Part shown: positions 1-9,900 of the stretch, piece by piece
Layout of the letters: the number at the start of each line of letters is the position of its first letter
Numbering within the stretch: the first letter of the stretch is position 1
Assembly (NCBI GenBank): GCA_964610875.1
Contig: CAZSWP010000004.1
Location: 65,469 to 106,088 of the forward strand
From: an uncultured archaeon
GTDB lineage: Archaea > Asgardarchaeota > Thorarchaeia > Thorarchaeales > Thorarchaeaceae
Direction of reading: 5' to 3'
Length of the DNA: 40,620 nt
Notes under the pieces: model-generated
What the model was told of the DNA's origin: nothing
What the model saw: the letters and a program-made list of their open reading frames with translations, nothing else
Databases searched by the model: none
Translations under genes and position numbers: made by a program

Positions 1-2
1 TA

Positions 3-596
3 AAAGAGATATTCAAAGCATTTGGTATCCCTTCATTAACAGCTCCGTCGGAAGCTGAGATGCTTGCTTCTAAACTTGCTCTTGATGGAGTCGCTGGTAC
101 AGTATTATCAAATGACGCTGATGCTCTATTATTTGGCAGTCCACATGTCACTCGAAGCTTGAATATCACAAAGCAAGAGATTGAAAGATGTCTTCTCCAA
201 GACTTGATGACCGCAATAGAGCTCGATCTTGAGGGATTGAAGAATCTAGCAATCCTGTCCGGTTGCGATTTTCATAATGGCCTGAGAGGAATCGGGCCAC
301 GAAAGGGATCACAATTACTGAAACGGTTCGGCTCGCTTGATGGTGTGTTGAAATCCAAAGGAGTAAAGCTAAGTGAGAGAGAAGCATTTCTAGAGGCAAG
401 AACGGTCTTTGACGAAGCTATGCATCTATCCATTGATTCAATTCAAACAACGTTTCGTCCACCTTCAGTACCCAAAATTAATTCCCTTTTAACACCAATC
501 ACTGGTCAAGAACGTGCTGAGCAAATTGGACGAGAATCTGTGAGTCTGTGGAAGAACTTTGGGAGGGAACAACTAACTCTGGAGACATGGGTATGA
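3..596 (+). CDS. fen: Flap endonuclease 1 / XPG-family nuclease, 5'-truncated by the window edge
   Basis: The frame is open from nt 3 (KEIFKAFGIP..APSEAE). It carries SNDADALLFG, an H3TH motif (LSGCDF..GLRGIGPRK) and a C-terminal PCNA-interaction-like motif QLTLETW. The ATG at 60 is internal. Confidence 0.85.
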   Translation, partial: KEIFKAFGIPSLTAPSEAEMLASKLALDGVAGTVLSNDADALLFGSPHVTRSLNITKQEIERCLLQDLMTAIELDLEGLKNLAILSGCDFHNGLRGIGPRKGSQLLKRFGSLDGVLKSKGVKLSEREAFLEARTVFDEAMHLSIDSIQTTFRPPSVPKINSLLTPITGQERAEQIGRESVSLWKNFGREQLTLETWV

Positions 597-666
597 TCAT
601 GGAAGACACAAGTCCGTGTATCAATTGCGAATTTGCAAAATATTACGGATGTTCCTTAGGTTATGA

Positions 667-1062
667 ATGTGCGAAGAAAATTGTATGGCGAAGCGTATCT
701 TTACGGAGGAGAACAAAGGAATGAATCCAAAAACAAAGATTGATGAAACTGATCTTAGTAATCTCGAAGCTTCCATATGTGAACTTTTGAAGCATCTACA
801 AATGGATCCGTCTGACACAAGCAGTTGGCTTAAGCTTGCCGCTCTATTTTTAGAAGAAAAGGAATGGGCTAAAGCAGAAGCGGCATTAGAAGAAGCTAGA
901 ACACATGGTGCCAAGCTTGATGATATTCTTTTACGATTAGCATATGCAATGATACACCAACGAGATATTGTACATGCTCAATCAGTTATTCAGAAAGTCA
1001 CAGAGGTTCGAATTGAACGACTGCTAGAAGGTGCTAACTGGCGACCAAGGGTCTCTCCATGA
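667..1062 (+). CDS. Small tetratricopeptide-repeat protein (start may be ATG 685 or 721)
   Basis: TPR-like helices: LQMDPSDTSSWLKLAALF..EWAKAEAALEEA and ILLRLAYAMIHQRD. Its 3' end overlaps the convergent ORF by 39 nt. Confidence 0.65.
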   Translation: MCEENCMAKRIFTEENKGMNPKTKIDETDLSNLEASICELLKHLQMDPSDTSSWLKLAALFLEEKEWAKAEAALEEARTHGAKLDDILLRLAYAMIHQRDIVHAQSVIQKVTEVRIERLLEGANWRPRVSP

Positions 1063-2709
1063 ACCCTCCTCCTCGTCAAACATTCTCCAAGCCAATGAGA
1101 GATAGTATGTTCTTGTTGTTCCAAGAACTGCTACCTCTGCATCAATATCTTCGGCTCGCAATTCCTCTCGGATGAGGTTGGCTGGTAAGACGGAGGAAAA
1201 CATTGGCGTCCGTAGAAAGGCGATCACATTGCCTTCCTCTCTGGAAAAAAGAATGTGTGCGAGTGGAAAGGACGAAGCAAACCATTCTAGCATATGATTC
1301 AGCCTTTTCCTCTTGATGTTTCTGATGACAACTAGAATCACATCCGGAATATGTGAGTGCTCTGGGTCCAATACTTGTACATAGGAAAACACGTTATCAT
1401 CAAGAAGCTCATTTACTCTGTCCAATCGGAATCCTGCAAGTTTTTGTAACAACCAACGGTCACCAATGTTACTTTTGTGTGCCCATAGGTCTACTGCTGT
1501 CTTGACTTGTGCTGGAAAAAGAGAGAGACCTTCTCTCTTTGGTGGACTCTCAATGAATAACCATTGGGGGTTCTCTTCATATTTTTCAGGATCCTTCCAG
1601 GGTCTAATCTCCCATTTCATATTCACTTCATCAAACAGATCATACCGATATGATAGCAGTTCTTCATCAGCTGTGGCAATATACATTGAAGGGTTCTCAA
1701 AGAGGTTCGATTCTAATGGTTCTGCATATAGACTGACTCCTCGAAAAGATGATTCGAGTGTCTTAGCTTTCATCACTAATGCTCTATTCTTAGGTAGAGC
1801 TTTGAATCTATTAGAAATAACAAGTCTATAGCGTAGTCCTAGAGCCGTTATTGAAGGAATAAAGCACTCTGTCATGAGAATCTGAATGTTCTTTGTATCT
1901 GTCATCGATTGTCTATATGACGACCCACAGGTCTTACGGACCCAGTCCTTCTTGAATTCAAAGGGCTGTCTTTTATCAATGACTGCAAGTGCTGCTTTTC
2001 TTGCTGGATCATAACCATGGATATTCACTGAAGCTCGGAGTTTTTCAATCAATTCTCTCCTTGCATCCTCAAAAAAGGAAACCCCTTTTGTCAAGGGTAG
2101 ACTCTCTTCGTCTGGTCGATGCAATGTCCGAAGCCACAATAAGTCGGATTTGGAGAGTCTGGCGAGGATGCTTATGTAGAAAAGCTCTCGAGTGAATCTG
2201 TCTAAACCTTCCGCTTTCTGGAGCCATTCGAGATCTAGGGGAAGGCCTTTTGGTGAGGTAGATATGTATCTCATCATCACGTAGGCTATACTGAATCTCG
2301 TGTTCAATTCAGTTGCCATTGACTCTTTGAATCCTTCATCTGCAGAAGTAACAAATGTTGGATTACTCCCTTGAATTCGAAAGACCTCTCGATTCTCTTT
2401 CGTGTCTTGTACGTCCTCTAGTATTGGTGCCTTGGGTAATAATGAGTACACTTGCTCCCAGAGTGTTGCTCCACTTGGAAATATCCCTACTTCTCTGATG
2501 TCAGCTAGCTGGGAGATCATAACAGTTCTTGAAATAACTTCATCATCTACCTGTTTTAATTGCGAAGACTGCTCGAAGAGGTCATGATTGAAAGCCTCGA
2601 TAGTATTTCCGTACAATAGTTCCTCCTTTAATCTATACATCACTAGTTCATCATCCACAAAGTTGTTTAGATGCCTCAGTGATGCTTTCATTTTACTCGG
2701 TATCTCCAA
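1024..2709 (-). CDS. Hypothetical protein, possibly with degenerate tandem Lrp/AsnC-like modules
   Basis: Long ORF. Segments FIPSITALGLRYRLVI and LDPEHSHIPDVILVVI are each followed by alternating beta/alpha patterns, loosely like Lrp/AsnC RAM domains. Confidence 0.55.
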   Translation of the reverse strand: MEIPSKMKASLRHLNNFVDDELVMYRLKEELLYGNTIEAFNHDLFEQSSQLKQVDDEVISRTVMISQLADIREVGIFPSGATLWEQVYSLLPKAPILEDVQDTKENREVFRIQGSNPTFVTSADEGFKESMATELNTRFSIAYVMMRYISTSPKGLPLDLEWLQKAEGLDRFTRELFYISILARLSKSDLLWLRTLHRPDEESLPLTKGVSFFEDARRELIEKLRASVNIHGYDPARKAALAVIDKRQPFEFKKDWVRKTCGSSYRQSMTDTKNIQILMTECFIPSITALGLRYRLVISNRFKALPKNRALVMKAKTLESSFRGVSLYAEPLESNLFENPSMYIATADEELLSYRYDLFDEVNMKWEIRPWKDPEKYEENPQWLFIESPPKREGLSLFPAQVKTAVDLWAHKSNIGDRWLLQKLAGFRLDRVNELLDDNVFSYVQVLDPEHSHIPDVILVVIRNIKRKRLNHMLEWFASSFPLAHILFSREEGNVIAFLRTPMFSSVLPANLIREELRAEDIDAEVAVLGTTRTYYLSLAWRMFDEEEGSWRDPWSPVSTF

Positions 2710-2746
2710 TCTAGGAACTTAATAAGCATGAGAATGACTCACTTAC

Positions 2747-3121
2747 ATGACGCTCACACCATCTCTATCTTCTGACCTCTGGACGAAAGCCAAGAATCAA
2801 CGGCTCCATTATGTTTTTCGTGAGCAGGCTCTTCTCAACCTTTTGGATTTTGATATGAACCAAGTTGTCACTTATTGTCATACTCTTCTCAAGTCATCTG
2901 ATGATGAGGAGTGGTTCATGGCGTTGAAAGTCTTGTCCTCTTCAGTCGACGAAGCCGCACTCAATATTTTGAGCGATTATTACAGTGCGTTAACTGACCG
3001 TCGTCGATATATTGTTCTTCAATACATCCAACGCGCATTGCAACGACGAGTCCAAAACCAAACAAAAATGAAGCAAAAAAGCGTAATAGGTGTTACGGCT
3101 GTGCAAATGACTCGATTTTAG
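2747..3121 (+). CDS. Hypothetical alpha-helical protein (HEAT-repeat-like)
   Basis: LLKSSDDEEWFMALKVLSS..DEAALNIL resembles a HEAT/PBS repeat. It is divergent from the upstream gene. Confidence 0.55.
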   Translation: MTLTPSLSSDLWTKAKNQRLHYVFREQALLNLLDFDMNQVVTYCHTLLKSSDDEEWFMALKVLSSSVDEAALNILSDYYSALTDRRRYIVLQYIQRALQRRVQNQTKMKQKSVIGVTAVQMTRF

Positions 3122-3310
3122 AGCAATCATATTACTTATTTTATCATTTAGAGGCTTATTTGTAATACGTTTTGCGTAGCAGTTTCAATAATATCTCAAA
3201 ACCATATTCAGAGATATATGGCATATCAATCGTATAAAGCGTAACCTCTTTTTTCCAACTTGTGTTCTACATACACAGATGACAAGAAAGGTTGACACGG
3301 AGAAAAGGCA

Positions 3311-3907
3311 ATGCAAGAACAGATGTTCCTACTGATGATAGCGAACCTCTACTTCGCGGTAGCATGGACACCCGCAATCGTGATAGGAATAACAATAGTC
3401 AGAGGGATCCTCCTCCTGCGTGGAAGAAAGAGAGAGTTTGAGGACTGGACAAGGAACCCACTGATGACTGCTTTGTCAATAATCTTTCTCCCTGGGACAC
3501 TGGTCTACTTTGGCATCAGATATGTTCTCTCAAAACTTGCCAGAATACGCATTGGACACGTGAGAGGATCTGCAACATACGGGGAAGTGAATCTTTTCCT
3601 TGAGGTTGAAAAGCCGCCTCGCGTTGGTGTGGTGTTAGCTACCCTTTATGCTAGCATTGTTCTCACACTCTTCATCGCACTGACACTGCTTACCCTTCCT
3701 GCAATGTTTATTTTGGAACCGGTGTGGGTCCTAATTGCTTGGTATGTATCAGTTGGCGTTTTTTTCAATTCGTCTCTTCGCAGTGGGGACCTCTCATTAT
3801 TTGTCAGTAGTTTGAGAGACCATCCTCGGTCTGGTGTAATAGAGCTCTTTGTCTTTCTTGTCATACTAATGGTGATCTATTCACAGGTCTGGAGTGTAGT
3901 AATTTGA
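3311..3907 (+). CDS. Multi-pass membrane protein; looks like an M50-like/DUF3267 zincin peptidase homologue lacking HExxH
   Basis: About 5 hydrophobic segments. IFLPGTLVYFGIRYVLSKL aligns by eye with the family pattern (F)PGT.VHE..H...(C)KL. It overlaps the next ORF by 4 nt (TTGA). Confidence 0.7.
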   Translation: MQEQMFLLMIANLYFAVAWTPAIVIGITIVRGILLLRGRKREFEDWTRNPLMTALSIIFLPGTLVYFGIRYVLSKLARIRIGHVRGSATYGEVNLFLEVEKPPRVGVVLATLYASIVLTLFIALTLLTLPAMFILEPVWVLIAWYVSVGVFFNSSLRSGDLSLFVSSLRDHPRSGVIELFVFLVILMVIYSQVWSVVI

Positions 3908-6900
3908 GCATCAATAAGAAGCCAATAATAATCCTAGTAGTATTGTTACTAGTACTTCCTATCATCTTCCAAGAGAATGCTATTGCTGATGTTGCACTTG
4001 AAGAACATGGAGTTTCAAATATTGCTCCTGACCCTATTCAGGAATTCACGACCTCATCAGTGACAGGCTCTCTGATAGACTATGGGGAATTCCTTGTTAT
4101 TCATCAAACAGGACAATCTATTGAATCAAAGGGAGCGGAACTCACTTCGCTGCTCAATCAATGGGGTGTGTCTTCGATAAGTATCATGCCCTCCGAGCTT
4201 GAGTCATCGCCTCCTATCTTGAGTGATGCTCCCTGCCTGATTCTAGATGCAAGCTTGGGCTCAGAAAATGCTTCACTCCTTACAGACTCATTCATTCAGC
4301 TCCTCATACAATATGACCGTCCAATTGTTGTGATGGGACGGGCTGCATGGCTTCTCCATCGTCTCCACAAGCTGAGTTCACCCACTCTGACCATGTCGGT
4401 GGCGACCACAACCCAACTTGACCCCACCGACGTGGTCTACCTATCATATCCCTATAGCATTGATCAAAGTGCTACCTTAACATCTGAATCATTGGAACTA
4501 CCCAAAGATCGGGTTCAATCAGTTAGATCTCGTATCATTACTTTAACTGGTGGAGAGACCTCAAATCAATATCCTATCTTGCGATATGATTCATTTCCAC
4601 TGGATACATTTCTATTGGGACAAGAAGACCCCACTCTCTGGACAACCACAGGTGAAGAGATTTTCATTAACATTGTAGCCTATTCAACCGCATTGGGTGA
4701 ATCAACTACAAGTGATATTGTTTCCACTGCACAGAGCAATGGAACTATCGGTGGGGGCTTTGCGTATGGTCATGAGCCCTGTCTTGAGCCTGCTTACTAT
4801 TCGGTTCATATCATAAGGTCTCTCCTCAGTGGAACTGAATGGACAGATTGGAGTGCTACAAATTCCGAATTTGTAGAAAATGTTCTTACTCCATTATATG
4901 TTGATAACGGAACGCATGCTTGGTTTCTGAATCATTTCACAGATACAATCGAGAACTTGGACACAACCGCAATGGGACTATGGCTTGTTGAAACAATGAG
5001 TCTATCATCATCATTCGACTCATCACTTCTATCTGCATATCTTGCGGATAGTCAGAAAGGCGATGGTGGTTTTAGTAGTGTTCCCAATGCTTTCTTTGTA
5101 CTTGAAGCACTGAATGCCTCAGGCTCAATTGGTTTGATTGACAGTACGAGCCTGTATAACTGGCTAGTTGATTGCAGGGTGAACAGTGATGATACTAGTG
5201 ATGCTCAATACTGGGGCGGAATCGCCAAATCTCCTTATAGTGCACTACCAAAGAATCAGTACTCAGCTCTGTATCTGCAGTGTCTCGAGATTTTGGAGAA
5301 ATCACATCCTGATATTTTGAAACTTGTTGATTGGATTCTGGATGAGACCCAACAGGCTGACGGTTCTTTTTCTGATAGAAATACACCTGATAAGGATGTG
5401 GTAAGAGGTACATCGTCTGCACTGACTTCGCTTGAGATGCTTGGATATCTGAGTCCTGAGAATAGAACAAGTAGTCTTGGATGGTTAGAAGATAACCAAC
5501 TACCCTCAGGTGGATTTGGCACCAATACTGCATCATTAGATATAGTTGGAAAACCTCTTGAAACCTTCTATGTTGCAACTACCCTTAACGAATTAAATGA
5601 AATATCGTCAACCATGGCAAATAGAATATCCGACTTTGTTGAGAGTATTAGGAGTGACACAGGATTCGAGGGTATGGAAATGATTCCTTCACTATTATGG
5701 GGTGACTGGCTCGGACAAATCGCTCGATTCTCTCATGCAGGAACTTCATTAGGTATTGAAAACCTCACATCCTATTATCAAAAACATGAATCATTCTCGT
5801 TCTATATGCCTTGGACAAACGTTACAGTCCTTCCCGCTGAAGAGTACATGTATGATAATTACAGAACAAAGAGTGTCTGGTCTATCTACCATGGTCTCTT
5901 GATGGGTGCTCAATCGGCAATTGAACCTAAATCGGGGGCTTCTGTTGATAGTACCACATTTACTCTTGCTGCTCAATATCCCACAGGGCATTTCCGACTC
6001 TATGCTGGTGGAAGTGCTCATATGCAATATACTGTAGCCGCAGTTGAATCTCTGTATCTTTTGGATGAGATTGATTCTATTTACTATCGAAGCGCATTGG
6101 ACTCTCAAGTCCTTGCAATGTACTCATCCGGAAGCTGGTCTGATGCAGGTTGGACTTTGCGTCCATATACTTCATCACAATCAGCTATTGATTGGCTCTC
6201 TACAAGGACAGCTCTTCGATTGGGATTGATTGATCAGACGATGGCTTCAGAAATTGCATCTGTAATTGAATCCAGGATTCAGTATTCAGACCTCTGGGAT
6301 TTGAGCCGTGATGTTGCAACTCTTGCATTATTGAACGAGTCATTCAGCATTGATCTTGAGAGCATAGATAGTGCAAGCATATTGAGTACTTTAGGGTCAA
6401 GTCCATTCTCAGATGGCTGGTACAACGAATCGGCAGAGTGGCAACCGGTGGTTACAGCAGGTGTTCTCGAGATGCTCTCGATATTTGGTCTAAGGACTGA
6501 GGTGCTGGATATTACTGGTAACCGAATATCTGGTACTTCTCCTGATGGTGAATTGGGAGATGTTCTTGAAGTAACTGTATCCATCACATCTAGTAGTTAC
6601 ACACATGATGTGATTCTACATGCTTTTGGCCATGACCTTTTGTATGAGGATGTTGGAAATTCCGATATCCTACTAGTGAATGTTCCGAGCAGTTCTTCAT
6701 ATCTTGGAATTCAAAATATCTCACTTATGTTGCTAGATAGAGGTGACTCTCGTGCATTCAACAGAATTGAAATATCAATAAACACAACTATGACAGGGTT
6801 TCTCACAGTTGATACTCCAGAGATTCTACTTGGTGACTTGATTAACGGGTCTGTTTCATGGACTCTCGAAAATCTCGAAGACGTCGGAGAATGTACTGTA

Positions 6901-9900
6901 ATTATACGTCTTGGAGATCCTCCTTCTTATCAACAATGGACAGAGGATAGCTCTAGTCCGTATAGTTTCTCAATTCCCACTGTGGATTTCGATCCAGGTG
7001 TGTATAATCTTAGTGTGTTCATTAGTAGAGAATTTTGCACTACACTTGTACTTAGAGAAGAAGTAACAATTAATTCACCCATTGATACCTATATAGAATC
7101 TGAAACCGATCAGGTCTTGGATGTTGGAGATGTTCTACAGATTCCCATATTATTACGGTTTTCCAATAATGACTCGTTGGTAGCTTCCCAGAACATCACA
7201 CTCACTATCAGAAACTCAATTGGTACTATAGTACATACAGACTATCTAATAACTGAAGAAACAGAGTCCATGTTCGATTGGACCCCTGACCAGCGGGGCT
7301 CTTACTCATTTGATTTAGTTTTCGAGAGAAATGGTACTCTTGAAGGCTGTGAGTACAATGGTGCGTTCATTGCAATGGAGAATGCAACGCTTCAATGGAT
7401 ACTATCAAGTCCTCAAGAACAGTATTCTATGTATACTACTTCAGTTCTTCTCCAGACAATTAATGGTGCCCCACTTGTGTCTGAATCTATCTCAATATTA
7501 GTAAAAGCACCAAGTGGTCAAACCATAATTGATAGCGATTTCACAACAAATTCATCTGGACATATCGAGTTCTCCATTGTACTTGGTGAAAATGGTATCT
7601 ACACTTTGGATGCGGAATTTCTTGGTAAAGAATATGTGAGATCAATATCCAACAACACATCGCTAGTATCATGGTCATCTACAAATCTGGTCATTGATGG
7701 CATTCCATCAGATGGCTTGGTAAATGACAGCTGGACTATATGGGCTCAGTTATCTGATTCCATAGGTCAACCAATCGTTGGAGAAGCCGTCACTCTTAGG
7801 GTGACTTTGCTTCCTTCGACAATTGTTTATCAAACAACTCTGACGACGAACTCTACCGGTCATGTCAGTACTTCGTGGAGTTCATCCACACCTGGCAGCT
7901 TCCAATACACAGCAGAATTTGCTGGCACGCTTTCACTTGACCAAAGTGGAGACTCTAGGGGGACCGATCTGTACATTCCTGTGCAACTTGTCGTCCAACA
8001 ATTTTCCAGTTTGCAGGTTGGTTTTGAGGGGTGGGTTCTAGTCTATGCCACAGATCACACCCAATCGCCTGTATCGGGAGTATTAGCTGAATTCGTCGTC
8101 AGGGATCCTTCTAATTCCATTATCTTTCAGACTTCAGGTATCTTTGAGAATGGCTATTATAATGTAAGTTGGACTCCTTCCGTGCGAGGAGTCAATAACT
8201 TTACTGTGAGTTCGGACAGACAGTCTTGGTTTGAAGCCGCTTGCAACTCCGAATTGCTTGATGTGTTTGAATCTTCTATAATCACATGTGAATTCACAGA
8301 AACATTACTTGCACCTGCTAGAAATGTGTTACAGATTGAAGTTCTGGATACCTCTTCAACACCCGTTTCGGGAATTGATGTGAGCATCATAATAACTTTG
8401 AATGGCCTGATAATTACTGATGTCATTAAGACAACAAATATCGATGGTAGTATCGAAATATCAGTAGATTTCAATGAACCCGGCGAATTAGAAATTCTAA
8501 CTGAGAGTACAGCTGGAAATTGGTTACTTGAATCAGGGACATTCATTGAAGATACTGTGCTGGGGAAAACTACAATCGATTTGTTGATGAATGGCCTACC
8601 AATCTCTCAGGGAAAAGATCCGGGAATACTTGTAGAAGTAATCAGTTGGGACCTATCTCCACTCAATGGAGCCCATGTCAATATCACCATCGAACGGGCT
8701 TCTGATGGGTCTCTTGTCACACAAGCATTGCGGACTACCGGTATGGATGGTCGATGTGCTTTTGCTCATAGTTTCAATGAGATTGGTGACTTCATCATTA
8801 GGGCCGTATACATGCCATCTGGCATAAATGCAGAGAACAGTACCTTTCTTGTCCAGAGGGTCACTGTTGTACCTGATGTAATTCTCATTCATCCATTGGA
8901 TGCTACCGTGGGAGGGCAAGTATCATTTGAGGTTGGGATTCTAGATAATCTAGATTCTTATGTTCCAAACAAATCACTACAACTTGCCGTCATTTATCAG
9001 GGAAACCCAATTTTCGAAAGCCAAGTTGAATCTGATAGTGACCTTGTGATAATACACTGGACTGCTTCCCAACGTGGAAGTCTTACAATTACACTCTCGG
9101 TATTTGGAGGTACGTACTGTTTAGCAAACTCGACATCTTCAGTAACGTCATGTTTTGAGAATGTGTCTAGTGAATTGACGCTTAACGCAACTACGATTGA
9201 TTTGTTCGAGTCAGTTCTACTGGAATATCAAATCAGTACCTCTGGAGACCCTGGAGGAATCGCAGTAATATTTGAGGTTCTGGATGTAAATCTCCTGCCT
9301 GTCTGGGATATGGAATTATTTACTAATGAATCTGGGTATGTTTCTACGCTGTATGTTGCTAATGACACACATGGCATACTAAAAGTCAGAGTTGCTCCAA
9401 ATGAGAATCAGTATCTCTCTGGTGGGATGAACCAGATTGATTTGACTGTTAAAACATCATGTATCGTGGATACAAACTTCAATCCATATCCACCAATAAT
9501 CAATGAAGAAGTGAATGTTACCATCAATATAGATAGTGAATTAGGATCACCTATTGATGGTCTTACAATATCAGTGAGAATAAGAAATCCAAGTGGAGTC
9601 TGGGTGGAGTATAATCCCTATGTTTCTGTGATAGAGGGATTGGCGTGGATTGTCTTCACTCCCGAGAACCATGGTGCATATCTTGTTAGGGTTGCTGCCA
9701 ACACTGAACCTACAACTCACTCGTTCACGATCGATGAACAACATACAGTATTTCATCCGACATCAATCGACCTTCAAATAGTATCTAGTCTGTTGCAGGT
9801 CAATGATAACCTGACAGTATCTGCACAGCTTTTCAATAGTTTTGGAGTAGGGATGAGTGGAATGAGGCTTACAATAGAACTCAATGGCAAAAACCCTGTT

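Noticed and set aside
4771-4800. Alpha-2-macroglobulin thioester motif in the giant protein
   Set aside because: The sequence is HEPCLEP, not CxEQ. The required Gln is missing.
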